A DNA stretch of 64,000 nt from Felis catus (GCF_018350175.1 NC_058368.1:78866001-78930000), one strand, 5' to 3'; positions 12,194 to 25,670 are shown, numbered from the stretch's first letter. Notes: generated by a model from the letters alone, not told the origin. Program-made: numbers and translations.

Positions 12194-12195
12194 CA
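12083..12195. repeat. Compound microsatellite, two [(TG)n(TA)n ACA] units
   Basis: Seen directly. Confidence 0.95.
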
Positions 12196-12826
12196 GAAAG
12201 TATGATGCTTAGTTTTTTGAAACACCAGCTATAGAAAAGTAGGGAATGTTCCTTGTTTTGAAGAAGATTTAATTAATAAATAGCATTGTGGTCTGGCTTT
12301 CAGCCCAATATTTTCTCCCGTCTGATTACTTATTTAACAATACAATTATTCTGGGTTCCCTGGTATATGCATCAGCATGCTCGGGACGAAGTGATGTGTA
12401 AAACCTCTTACCGTCGTCCCATAGGTAAGGATGTAACGTACAAATATTGGGAAAACTTTGTCCGTGATGGTTTGTTTTCACTCATCCAGTACCTTTCACT
12501 TGGGACCTGAGGTAGTTGCTGAATCCCTAATGATTTATATTTTTCATTCAAGAGTGCAGAGAGGTTTTCCGGGTGTGAGGTTCAAAGGCACCAATGAAAA
12601 TAATGACGGAGAATATATTGATGCCATATTCCCAGCTTTTCTCTCATGATCAAGATCATAGCTGGTCTTTTTTTAGGGTCTTTTAAAGAGTTTTTAGGGC
12701 AACTTTTAAAGTTGCCATTCATTTTAAAGTATGTGCCATCTTTTGACATATGATAAGGTATCCTTTCAATCTTTTCCCCAGTAGATCATTTTCTGGTTTA
12801 TAAATCTTCAAAATTACACGATACCT

Positions 12827-12949
12827 GGGTGCCTCGGTGGGTCAGTTGGTTGACCATCTGACTCTTGATTTCGGCTCATGTCATGATCTCACGGTTCGTG
12901 GGATTGAGCCCCACGTTGGGCTCTGAGCTGCCCTTGGAGCCTCCTTGGG

Positions 12950-12994
<45 letters not shown>

Positions 12995-13048
12995 GATCCC
13001 CCCTACCTCTGTGTCTCTCAAAATAAGTAAACAAACATTAAAAAAAAT
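12827..13048 (+). mobile_element. Can-SINE
   Basis: Head, long (CT)n and A tail. Confidence 0.9.
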
Positions 13049-13251
13049 GTGATACAGACCTCTGCCGTCTTTGGAAGTACAGGTCACAAAGCATGCAGCA
13101 TTCTTCAGTGGGGCCGCTTGGCACGGTGCAGGGGGCTCCAGGCTGGATCTGTGTGTGCACATGGGGCGAGTGTCCTTACCCTCTTTCCCCAACTATAAAA
13201 TTAGACACCAGACCATTCTCTCCTGTGTTCCTTTCAGCATTGTTTCACTTT

Positions 13252-13314
13252 TTAGAAAAATGTTTATTTATTTTTTGAGAGAGAGAGCAAGCGAGCGGGG
13301 GGGGGGGGCAGAGA

Positions 13315-13346
<32 letters not shown>

Positions 13347-13484
13347 GGGAGAGAATCCCAAGCAGGCTCTGGGCTGACAGCCCAGAGCCCGACTCAGGGC
13401 TCGAACCCACGAACCGTGAGATCATGAGCTGAGTTGGAACCAAGAATCAGACACTTAACACACTGAGCTCCCCCTAGGTGTCCC
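13252..13484 (-). mobile_element. Can-SINE
   Basis: TSD cagc(a/t)ttgtttcactt on both sides. Confidence 0.9.
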
Positions 13485-14056
13485 CAGCTTTGTTTCACTT
13501 AATTAGAGAGAATCTCCTTGTGAAGTTAACGTTTCTAAGGTTCCAACGGAGGCTACAAACGGTTTGCGGTCACTGCTGGTCACTGTGGAAAGGGCAGGCA
13601 GAGCTGAGACTGCGGTGGGGAGCTGGGTGAGCGCCACCACACCCCTGCGCTCAGCTCAGTCAGTGGGCTGTGCGCCCGGTCCCTGCTACAGGTGACGCAT
13701 TGGAGTCCAGCTCGCAGGCTCAGACCTCCTTCAGCAACTAGACATGCAAAGCCGAAACGGTCCACCTGTCCCAGGCAAACCTGTCTACCCACCAGATGCT
13801 TCCTTGGGTGATGAGGTGGTCTCTTCCTCTGGGACATTCACGATTGAGGAGGATGCTGGTGGGTAAACGCTGACGGGAAGGCTTTTGGAAGTTCACACAT
13901 CCCAGGAAACACGGGATTCTGGTGCATTTCCTAACGGCTTCCTTGTGGAATTGCACACTCATCAGGATAACAAAACAAGTTGTGGTTTGCAAAGTATCAG
14001 GCTGTCTAATAAGAGGAGTATGAGCTTAAACTTGGAAACTTTGGAGACTCCTGAGA

Positions 14057-14432
14057 TCTGCTTTTTCTCTTTTTTTTAATTTTTAAGCCTTATTACATTG
14101 AAATTCAGGCAAATTATTTTTCTGTAGTGATTTCGTCTGTTTTTTCTCTTTTTTAAAATGTTTAAGCCTTGGGGCGCCTGGGTGGCTCGGTCGGTTAAGC
14201 GTCCGACTTCAGCTCAGGTCATGATCTCGCGGTCTGTGGGTTCGAGCCCCGCGCCGGGCTCTGTGCTGACAGCTCAGAGCCTGGAGCCTGTTTCAGATTC
14301 TGTGTCTCCCTCTCTCTGTGGCCCTCCCCCGTTCATGCTCTGTCTCTCTCTGTCTCAAAAATAAATAAACGTTAAAATGTTTAAGCCTTATTACATTGAA
14401 ATTCAGGCAAATTATTTTTCTGTTGTGATTTC
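14057..14432 (+). repeat. ~79-bp tandem duplication, second copy split by a SINE
   Basis: Copy 1 is 14057-14134; copy 2 is 14136-14170 plus 14390-14432. Confidence 0.9.
14171..14373 (+). mobile_element. SINEC_Fc-type SINE with almost no poly-A
   Basis: TSD aaaatgtttaagcctt at 14155-14170 and 14374-14389. Confidence 0.95.
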
Positions 14433-16044
14433 TTTTGAAATAAGCTTTTACCTATCTCTAGTGCTTTCTTCTGCATGCTTCGTATAAATGAACGTTTTCT
14501 TTGCAACACATGGTCTGATTTCTCTTTGATGTGCTGTAGCTCCCCATAAAGTCTGCCTCTTCCCATTTTGCCAATAGTTTCAACCCGCTTCACCTATCCT
14601 GTCATTTGGTCATTTGTAACCCAGCACAAACCAATATGACTGCGTGTTGCGATATATTCAGGCTCTCCCAGGACACCCCGGTCTGTGCGCGCAGGTGAGT
14701 CACTGTCATAGAAGTGAGATATGCTGGCTCGTTCCTGCGTCGCCCCACTTCTGACACCCACCTTGGTATTCCCGGCCATCTCTCCGGGCCCGGAGCTGTT
14801 GCCCAGATGGTCTCCCATCCTGGTGGCCTTTGGTGGCTCCGCAGTGGTAACTTCCTGCTTGTCAGTGAGCAGAGAGCCTTTCCACTCTGGCTTCTACTGC
14901 CTGGGTGCCCCCACCGAGGTTCTTTGTCCCCATGTTTTCTCAATTTAACCTTGTTTAGAACACCCGTCCCTCCTAAAGACACAAAGCCAGCCCGCTTTGT
15001 GGTTTTCAGCCTCGTTTTTCTTTTTGTCTAAGTCACTGCCTCATTTAAATGCATAAATGTGAATTAAGAAGATAGCCCACTTTATGGCTCAGTGGAAATT
15101 GAAATCAGCCATTACCGTCAGGCTGAGAGGAGGCCTCAGCCATTTCCCTCTGAATCTGCATAGCCCCTCGCTGGTCTCATCAAACGTCAAGTCCAGGACT
15201 GGACTCTGGGCTCTCAGAGGACAGCCCACGGGGCCCCCTGTGCCCGGGTCCTCCCACCCCATTCACATCCTCCAGCCTCACTGGACTATTTAAGTTCCTT
15301 GGTGGTGAGGCCCCGGCTTAGTTTCTCCTCTTTGCTGCCTAGGGGATGGGGACGCTTCCCTCTCCTGGAAAGTGCAGGCAATTCTTACTGCACTGGTGTC
15401 CTTTCGGGTCTCTTCTTCTTCCCCAAACTCTCTTTCTGATGTGTCCGCTGGATCCCAGCTCTGTTCACTGTGGATCTGGGTCTTTCCTCATTTCTTTCAT
15501 AGCACCTGTCGATATCTGGAAGCGTCCTTTTCCTGGTCTGTCTGGTTCGTTGCTGTCTGTGTCTCCTGTTGGGATATGAGCCTGTTGGTGGCACTGCTCT
15601 GGTCTGTCGGGCCGAGTGGGCAGTCCCTGACTTTTGTTGGGTTGATGAATCTAAGGAATGGATGTAAAGAGCCAATAAAACGAAGCGGCAGCTGTGTTCC
15701 TCCTTTCAGGGAGGACGTGGTGTGAAGGCCGCATGAACTCATTCATGACCACAGAGAACGCGTATTATTGAGAACGTAAATCGATAGCAGAAGTTACCGA
15801 CACTTAACTCTGGCTCTTTTTTAATTAGAGATTGTTTTTCTTCATAAGGACAGTTTGTGTCTGGTAAGAATGGAACCACGTTCTCCTTCTTAGTGCCCAC
15901 TCCATCCTGTAGGGATTGGGGAAGAGTCTGCGGGGGATGGGGGGGGGGGATGCAGAGTCCACATGTGGGGCATAAAGGGCATTTGGCTCCTGTCCTGCCT
16001 GCATCCTGAAGACACCCACATCCACGTAAGTGGAAACCGAAATC

Positions 16045-16265
16045 GGGACTCCTGGGGGGCTCAGTGGGTTAAGCGTCTGCCTCTTGGTTTCGGCTCAGGT
16101 CATGATCTCACGGTTTGAGGGATCGAGCCCCGAGTCGGGCTCTGTGCTGAGAGCACGGCACTTGCTTGGGGCTCTGTCTCTCTCTGTCTCTCTGTCCCTA
16201 CCCCATCCCTGTGTGCACTCTCTCTCTCCCTCTCTCTCTCTCATAATAAATAAAGGTTAAAAAAA
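16045..16265 (+). mobile_element. Can-SINE
   Basis: TSD tggaaac(c/t)gaaat. Confidence 0.9.
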
Positions 16266-17575
16266 TGGAAACTGAAATTTTCTAACAATCAGAAATGTCT
16301 CCCAATATATATTCCAGGGCCATAGTATCTGCTTGGGAAACTTTTAAACTTACAGTTGAAATCAATGAGATGGACAGTCTGTTAGGGCTTTTGCTTGTGT
16401 CCTTTGGAAAACGAACCAGAAGACCGTCTCCATCTTCGTTATTAGCATCATAACTGAGCCTTAGGCTTGTCCTGTCAACTGGACATTCTTTTAGAAGTTT
16501 CAGAGTGCTTTAAGTGATCTTAGCTCCGTTGAGGAGCAGCATCTTTTAGTGGTGATCAGCCCCTTGGGTTTCAACGTGACAAGGCCTCCAAGAGAATTTA
16601 AATGAGGCACCGTCTGAAAAGCCCCAGCACAGAGCCTGGTACACCACAGGTACATGGAATAGCAGTCCCTTCCTCTTGGAGGCCACAGGAAGCCCGGGAC
16701 CGTTATACCTCCTCGTCCCCACATCCGTATGGGGTAAAGAGAAACGTGAAAATTCACAAGGCCAGAGTCAGGACCAGGAGCCACACTTGGGCTCCTAGTT
16801 GAGGCACCTTTCCTTATACCACCCCTTGTATTAACCTTGAATAATGAAGTCAAAAGAAATGCATAAGCGTTTCTCAGGAAAGAGAGAATATTTGGATATT
16901 TTAATTAAGCAAGAGTGTGCTTTTGGTGACCTTTAACTGGAGACATGATGGCCATGAAGACATGATATGCCTCTGGGAAGAGATCCTAACTGGTCATGAT
17001 TTATAACTAGAAGGGCGGGGCATGGTGACAGTGAGTGCTGGAAGTTTCTGGAAGTCAGTGGGAAGGGCATCGAGGGCAGGCATTTGTCTTTTTTGAAGGA
17101 GAGGTTATTTATTTCCTCCATTTTCTTTTATAATTGAACAGAAGTTGGCATAGCTCTATAAACTATTTTACTGAGTACTATGTCATATATAATCAACAAA
17201 CATCTACATTTGTGCCGGAACTTTCTGAGAAACATATTCATATATAGATTTCTGGTAAGACAGAGGATCACAGGTGTATTTTAGTCAGGAATGTTCCTGA
17301 AATAAAATATCTTTTAAAACATACAGGTCTTGAGAAGTCAAAAAACCAATTAGCAGGAAGTCTCTTTCTGTGTGTGGACATTCATATGAATGAGCCAAAC
17401 CCCGTTAACTCCACACCTATCGTTTTCCTTCCATTATTTTAGTGTCACTTCAGACACAACAAAAGGCTGACATTTTCTCCATTTGGAAGAATATGAGAGT
17501 CTCAGAGAAATTAGAATTTTTGGTTGTTTTGTGTTTTCTTCTAACTAAGGGCCTCTTTTAAGATACTTTTTTCTC

Positions 17576-17796
17576 GGGGTGCCTGGGTGGCGCAGTCGGT
17601 TAAGCGCCCGACTTCAGCCAGGTCACGATCTCGCGGTCCGTGAGTTCGAGCCCCGCGTCGGGCTCTGGGCTGATGGCTCAGAGCCTGGAGCCTGTTTCCG
17701 ATTCTGTGTCTCCCTCTCTCTCTGCCCCTCCCCCGTTCATGCTCTGTCTCTCTCTGTCCCCAAAATAAATAAACGTTGAAAAAAAATTGAAAAAAA
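17576..17796 (+). mobile_element. Young SINEC_Fc-type SINE
   Basis: Perfect TSD aagatacttttttctc at 17560-17575 and 17797-17812; CpG-rich. Confidence 0.95.
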
Positions 17797-18937
17797 AAGA
17801 TACTTTTTTCTCAAAATCCTACCGATCAGAGTCCTGCTAACCCACAGCAATTTTATTCTCTGCGGGAGATGAGCTAACTGGGATGATTGCTAATTACGCT
17901 GTTTTTGAATTTAGATTAAAGGTATTGAAATCACTCTGTGAGGTGGAATTTGATTAGTTTTGAATGCTCCTCTAAATGAAGCTTGGATGTTGGCTGGGAC
18001 AAATGGGCGTAGGGTCACCCTTTTCTCTGAATACAGAAGCAGAAGCGTGATGGCCAGGACTCCGTGGCCTCTGATATTCCTGTAGTTGATGACTAAAAAA
18101 TAATGGAAAGGAACAACTATAGAAGCTTATTCCTTACATGCACAGATTTTTAAAAATATCCTCTTGAGCAGAGTTAATATTGCTAATGTTAAGTGGAAAA
18201 TGTTCTTAGCAAATCATTTAAGAGAGGGAAGAAAGAGAGGAAATAAAGTGTAGTAATTAAGATCTCTTCTTGAAATTATCACCTGATTTAATACTCCAAG
18301 AGAAATGGAAAAGAAACAACACTTCCCTGTTCTAATTTTAGCATCACCTTTCGGCAACTAATTAAAGGGATATTTTGAAAGAGCCTTTATGCACTTAGGA
18401 CAACTTTTCTAAAAGGTTTCTAATAAGACAACTTTTCTTAATAAGAAGTACTGATTTTGAGGGTTTTTTTTTTCTTTTTGCATTTATAACCATTATGACA
18501 GGCTGAATGGGCCACTTAACTGAACTTTACCAGAGGGAAAGCACGTAATAGTCTTTCCATTGGTTCAAGTAGATTTGCTATATAAAACCAAAATCAGGAG
18601 ACCTCACATTTTTTTTTTTTTTTACTTTTAGAGGCTGGACTCTAGAATAATTATACGCAGACTCATTATACAAGATGATGTTTCTAGTTCAAACGTAGGA
18701 AATAACTATGTCCATTTGACTCCCTAACAACTGTCACCTTTTGATCCAAAACAATTATTGACCGTGAATCTTTACTTCAAAGTGGAAAACTACAATAATT
18801 CATGGGTGCATTTGAAATTGAAATGCTTCATTGTTTACTGACCATTCATAATTATAAGAATAAACCTAAATTCCAATAAAAAGAATAGTTCAGAAAAACT
18901 ACAAGTTTCAGCCTGCCAAACATATAGCCATAAATGT

Positions 18938-19169
18938 CTTTTTAATTTTTTTAATGTTTATCTTTTAATTTTATTTTTGAGAGAGAGAGAGAGAGAGCGC
19001 GAGCATGAGCAGGGGAGGGCCAGAGAGAGAGGGAGACACAGAATCCAAAGCAGGTTCCAGGCTCCGAGCTGTCGGCAAGAGCTTGATATGGGGCTCAAAC
19101 TCGCGAACCGCGAGATCATGACCTGAGCTGAAGTCGGACACTTAACTGACTGAGCCACCCAGGCGCCCC
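18938..19169 (-). mobile_element. Can-SINE
   Basis: Reverse-complement SINE; TSD agc(c/a)ataaatgt. Confidence 0.92.
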
Positions 19170-20469
19170 AGCAATAAATGTTGATTGACAGTAGCTTCTG
19201 TATTGCCAGTCCTGTCTGGAAGCAAAATCGGGATTGTGATCTCCATGCTGTGTTCTCCCACCATTGTCCAACAACATGTTTTTGTGATGTGGGTTGTTTT
19301 TGTTTGTATTTTTGTAATCTTTAGCAGCAGAAGCTCCAAATAATGAATATTAGGTATTTTGCTACTGGACATGTGAGGTGACAATGAACTAGGCAGATGG
19401 CTAGACCCTCTTCAAACTGGGCATGTGCTTTTATAGACACATAACCTGTCTTCCTCCTTAACTGGGAAGTAAACTTTATTATTGAAGCATCTGTTTCATT
19501 ATCTTACCACTAAGCTATAAACCATTGTTTGGCTCCTTTTTATAATTTTGATATAGACGTTGAAACTTGCCCAGTATACTTTCTGTATATCAAATTGTAC
19601 CTGCATAAATTCAAGTTATATTTGCCTTTGCTACAGTGGGTTTCTTCCATGATTTTCAGCAGTGAGACACTATTGTCTATATATCTGGTCTTTGTATAGT
19701 GTAGCTGTATATACTTCTGATCTGGTTGATAGTAATACTTGCTAGGGTCTATAGCAGAGCTCTTTATAATCAGTATCTGTTTATATATACCATAGCAATA
19801 TGACTTGTGCTTTCAAATTGTAAAACATTAATGAAGAAAGTTCTGAAACTTACTTTGGTGCCTTTGTTATACCCAGGGACATGTCTTGTTTCAGATTGCA
19901 TTTGTGCATGAAAGTTCTGTGTTGGGTCAAGAACAAAATAAGAATGTCTCCTCTCATCACTTGCTTTCAACATTGTACTGGAAGCCCTAGCTAATGCAAT
20001 AAGACAAGAAAAAATATACACAGATTGGAAAGAAAGACATGAAACTGTCTTTGTTAACAGATGACATGATTATCTCTGTAGAAAATTGGAAAGAATCAGC
20101 AACAAAAATTTCCTGGAACTAGTAAGCCATTATAGCAATGTTGTAGGACACATGCTTAATATACAAAAGTCAATTGCTTTCCAAATATCAGCAATGAACA
20201 ATTGGAATTTGACATTAAAAACACAATATTATTTCCACCACTACCAAATCTAACAAAATATTTACAAGATCTATAACTATAAAAACCCTGATGAAAAAAA
20301 TCAAAGAAGATATAAATAGATGGAAAGATATTCAATGTTTGCAGATAGGAAGGTTCGATATTGTTAAAATGTCAGTTTTCCCCAATATAATCTATAGATT
20401 CAGTACAATCCTAATAGAAATCCCAGCAGGTTACTTTGTGGGTATTGACATCAAGTTTATGTGGAGAGT

Positions 20470-20729
20470 TACACTCTTATGTGGATCCTGAGAAACTTAA
20501 CAGGAACCCATGGGGGAGGGGAAGGAAAAAAAAAAAAACAGGTTAGAGTGGGAGAGAGCCAAAACATAAGAGACTGTTAAAAACTGAGAACAAACTGAGG
20601 GTTGATGGGGGGTGGGAGGGAGGAGAGGGTGGGTGATGGGTATTGAGGAGGGCACCTTTTGGGATGAGCACTGGGTGTTGTATGGAAACCAATTTGTCAA
20701 TAAATTTCATATAAAAAAAATAAATAAAA
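20470..20729 (+). mobile_element. Felid L1 (L1_Fc-like) 3' end nested in the old L1
   Basis: cactcttatgtggatcctgagaaactt...gggatgagcactgggtgttgtatggaaaccaatttg.caataaatttcat plus poly-A. Confidence 0.9.
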
Positions 20730-21043
20730 GCTCCAGAAAAGCCAACACAACGTTTAAAAAGAAGAACAAAGTTGGAGGATTGGTGCTACCCAAATTCAAG
20801 ACTTACTCTAAAGTGGCAGGAACCAAGACAGCATGGTACTGGTGAGAGAACAGACCAGTAGATCAATAGAGAGCCCAGGTAGACCCAGGTAAATATAGTT
20901 AACTGATCTTTGACAAAGAGCAAAGTTTGATAGAGAAATGACAGTTCTTTCAACAAATTATACTAAAATAGCAGGACTTCCTCATGCAAAAAAAAAAATG
21001 ACTTGAAAGGGATCATAAATCTAAATGTAAAAACAAAACTATA

Positions 21044-21249
21044 GGAACTCCTGAATGGCTCAGTTGGTTAAGCATCCGACTTTGGCTCAGGTCATGATCT
21101 TGCTGTTTGTTGAGTTCTACCCCCGCATCAGGCTCTGCACTGGTGGTGCGGAGCCTGCTTGGGATTCTCTCTCTCTCCCTCTCTCTCTGCCCCTCCCCAA
21201 CTTGCTCTCTTTCTCTCTCTCTCTCAAAATAAATAAACTTTAAAAAAAA
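21044..21249 (+). mobile_element. Can-SINE nested in the old L1
   Basis: SINE body with L1 sequence on both sides. Confidence 0.9.
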
Positions 21250-22678
21250 GTATAAAACTTTTTAAACAATAACATAAGAGAAATTGTAGGTGACCTTGGG
21301 TTTGGCAATGAGTTTTTCATATAACACTAAAAACAGCAATCCGTGAAATAAATAATTGATAAGCTGGACTTCATTAAAATTAAAAATGACTGTCCTATGG
21401 AAGACACCATTAAGAGAATGAAAGGATGAGCCACAGATAGAGGTAAATATTTGCAAAACAAGAAAAACACATCTGATAACGGACTGCTAACTAAAACATG
21501 CAATGAACACTTAATACTCGGCAATAGGAAAGCAACCCAATTTACAAAATGGACAGAATATCTGGACGCCTCATGAAAGAAGATACACAACTGGAAAATA
21601 CAAAAATGAAAAGATGCTCCACATTATAGGTCATGTAGGAAACGTGAATTAAAACAAAAATGAAATACCACTGCAAACGCATTAGAATGTCTAAAATTCA
21701 AAACACTGACAATGCCAAATACTGGCAAGGACGTGGAGCACCAGGAACTCTGATTAATTGCTTGTGGGAATGCAAAATGGCATGGCCACTTTGGAAGACA
21801 GTTTGGTGATATTTTACAAAGCTAAACATAGTCTTACCATACGATCCAGGAATCACACTCCTCAGTATTTACCCAACTGAGCTGAAAACTTATGTCCACA
21901 CATAATGTGGATGCAAATGTTTATTGCAGCTTTATTCGTAATTGCAAAAACCGTAAGCAACCAAGATATCCTTTAATAGGTGAGTGGATAAATCAGCTGG
22001 TGCATTCGTAGGGTGGGCTCTTATCCGATGATTTAGGAAGTGAGCTCTCAAGCCATGAAAAGACAGAGAACCTTAAATGTATATCTTTGAATGAAGGAAA
22101 CTGAAGTGATTACAACCTGAGAAGTTTGCATACTGTATGATTCCAACGATATGACATTCTGGGCAAGGTGAATCTGTAGAGACAGTACTAAGAGCAGTGG
22201 GCATCAGGGCTTAGGGAGAGAGGAAGGGATAAATACCGGAGCATGGGCTTTTAAGGGCAGTGAAACCACTCTGTTTGTTACTGTGCTGGTAGAACATGGT
22301 ATTATGAATGTCTTAACGCTGGTGGAGTGTACAAAGAGTGAATACCAACACACATTTATATGCTTAATTAATATTAAGCATCAACATTGGCTCATCAATT
22401 CTAACCAATTTACTACACTAACACGAGAGGTTAATGATAGGGGACACGGTGTGCTGGGTAGGAGAGAGAAGGTATGATGGACCTCTTGGTATTTTCTGCT
22501 TAATCTTCCTGGAAACCTACAAACCGCTCTAGAAAATAAAGCCTCAGCTATTTTTCAAAAGGTCTGTATTTGAAAACAGTTGCGTTATTATCTCGTGCAA
22601 TTCGTTAGCGTGTGTAAATCTATGGGAATGAAACTAGTAATGCCATTTAACAGAATCCCCCCCCTTTTTTTTTCTTAA

Positions 22679-22831
<153 letters not shown>

Positions 22832-25460
22832 TAAGTGACTGCATATTTTCTACGTGGTAATTCCGTCCTGAAGTCGTGGTGGCATTTAAGCAGTCTTAAA
22901 TTTTCTCCTGATTTTTCAGAGAAGTGGTGGGTGGGTCAAAGAGAAAAATTGGGTACTGTTAGGTTACAACCACCTGTAAAAGGATTGTAACAGTTGTTTT
23001 TAGAGTGTTGAGGTTTGTGTATGTATTAAGTTGTGTTTCTGTTTTCCTAATTTTCAGATCAGAATTAATAAGTGAGCGTCTATATAAACCCGTCTATATA
23101 AACCTTTATATTTTGGATATAACATTAGTTATGCATTCCTAATCTTTGGCAGTCTTTTGAAATAATGGGCAGTATTATGTGGCAATCACCCGTTCATTAG
23201 TAACAGATGAAATTGCATAAGGGATGAAGACAAACGGCACATAAACCGAGGAGCTCATTTTCTGCCCCGGAGGCAGAAAGCATTTGTTCAAATGCAGACG
23301 TGTTGGTCATAGGACAGGATGGAGGTGAGGGACTCCTAAAGATATGAGCTGAGGAATGTCTTCACGCTGAGGGTATTTCTGCCACCTGCCCGATCCGATG
23401 TGTCTCCCCATGCGGATTGGTCCCGATTTGGATCGGGATGAGAAGAAAACAGTGGGCAGAGTGATCCCCGTTCAGGGGAGAAAAACAGGTGCAAGAAGGA
23501 AGCAGAGGGAGCTGGGCGTACCGACCAAGCTCACTAGTAAATCTGGGACAGGGCAGAGGCACTAGACTCCGAAAGAGATACGGATTTATTTCAGATGCCT
23601 GCTAACATCTGACTTGGAGTTACTGGGTGTTTGTTACTGGACTCAAGAAGAGTGGCGTGTGTTTCATAATTTTTGAGAACCCTGGCGAGAAAAGTGAAAG
23701 AATGCTTGAGGAGGAGGACGTGTCTTGCTGGTTGAGGCATGAAGGCAGAGAAGCCTCTGGGGCTGCAGGGTCGAGATGCCAAGTGTGAGAGATGGGGCTT
23801 TTCCGGGGTGATGGGGTCTAAGGGGCTCCTGGAATGGATTGGAGGGACAGTGGGGCAGCCTCTGTCGTGGCCACTGCCGTGAGGCGTTACTGAGAGTGGG
23901 GCACAGGGCCACTTGAAGGGGATGAACGGCCCTGTCCTAACTTACCACGACGTTACCAACCACTCTCAATTTCTTTGAAAATATTACATCCAGGAGTACA
24001 GGCACAATGGGTCATGAAGAGCAGGAGAGAAGTAATCAAAAAGTTAAGGCCTTATCAGAATTGTGTTTTATTTACTGAAGGACTTTGGGGGTTTACTGTG
24101 TTCCCAAACAACAGAAATTCAGAAGAAAAAGAAAAAAAAATACTCCTTTTGGAGCATGGTAGCCTAGGTAAAAGTGATTTTAAAAAAAAAAAATATGGAA
24201 ATTTTAAGCTCCTAGGGCACTGAAAATGTTTTTTACCAAATCTCCTCATTTCGTGAAGGAGGAACTCAAACCCAGAACCATAAGGAGGTTTGTGCCAAAG
24301 GGAATATGTTATGTATCCGCAGCACTGAAAGCACTGAAAGACCTGTTCCCCGGAACGAGCCTTTGTTTTCCTACGTTGAGTGTCTCTAATGGGAGACGTT
24401 GTCCTTGGGAGGAAACGCATCGGATGGGCAACCCCACGTCAGGTGTTCAGGAGTAGAAGCGAGGGAGAAAAGTCTTACGGATTTCTGTGTTCCGAATCAT
24501 GCTTACGAGTACAAAGTCAATATAGACAGCAGATAATTGGTTTAGGGGGTTGTCTGTATCTATTTGCACGTGTGTGCCTGGCATTTCGGACTTAGAGCCA
24601 CTGAAGAGTAAAGGACCGGAATCTTTTCTACCATTCAAAGCAACAATTTAACTTCTGGGTCTGGGGTTTGGACCCGTCTTTCCGAACGTGTGGGCGTGGG
24701 GGAGAGAAAACAAGGTCTCCTTTATGGGGGAGCCCGCCCCGGCATTCATCCCTCTTTGCAAAAGAGAGTTTGGAATCACTCAGGCTATTTAGAAAGTCAA
24801 ACAGTCAGGGGTTCCTTTGTGAGAAGCTCCAACAGGAAAGAAGTAGGCAAAATCATGAATCATTCAATTCCCCTGAACAAAGAGGTTATTTTATTAAAAT
24901 GTATGATAAATATCTAATAGGAACAAAACAACATTCCTCAATAAAAATACACACCACCACTCCAGATTCATAAAAATATCAGTTGGGACGTTTGTACAAT
25001 GAGAATAACACAGACATAATGTTCTTTAATAATAAAACAGGGTGTTTTGCAAGTTACAATGCATCATGTGCATCACATTGTTTCTGGGGTTTCTGTGGCG
25101 TGGGTCTTCTCCCTTTTATGGTGCTGGCAAGGCTCGGGGAGTTCGTATTTGTCTGACGTTTGAATTGGGGTTGGGGTCTAATCTTTATGGAGTAATGATG
25201 TATCTCAAGGACCATAATTTTTGAAATTGTTTGGGTCATTTGCAATCGGCGGTGTAAATCTCAACTTGCTAGCTTTCTGACCTTTCACAGACCAGTGGCC
25301 CTTCTGAGTTTCCCCCTTAAAATCAGCACCCAACAGGTATGGGAAAAATCACGATGTATAAATGGACTATTAGGAAGAGTGCTGTTGTTACCATCACATC
25401 TACTGATCTGATTTTCTTTACAGAGATGTTGAGGTATCTATCTGTTAAATAGACCATCCA

Positions 25461-25670
25461 GGGGCACCTGGGTGGCTCAGTTGGTTAAGTGTCAGACTTC
25501 GGCTCAGGTCATGATCTCACAGTTCATGGGTTCGAGCCCCACATCGGGCTCTGTGCTGACAGCTCAGAACCTGGAGCCTGCTTCGGATTCAGTGTCTCCC
25601 TCTCTTTCTCCCCCTCCCCTGCTTGAGCTCTCTTCCTCTCTCAAAAATAAACATTAAAAATTTTTTAAAA
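25461..25670 (+). mobile_element. Can-SINE
   Basis: TSD aaatagaccatcca at 25447-25460 and 25671-25684. Confidence 0.95.

Larger units (their letters stand above)
19925..22545 (+). mobile_element. Old L1 (L1MC-like) relic: RT/C-terminal ORF2 and 3'UTR, interrupted by a young L1 3' end and a SINE
   Basis: Degenerate 'GTRQGCPLS.LLFNIVLE.LA.AIRQEK' at ~19930-20010; 'IKEDINRWKDI' ORF; 3' end aaacctacaaaccgctctagaaaataaag. Confidence 0.88.

Noticed and set aside
14540..14700. Possible cryptic exon ending at a perfect CAG|GTGAGT donor (14694/14695)
   Set aside because: The flanking true exons already join into a continuous myosin sequence; no myosin-like peptide here and upstream acceptors are weak.
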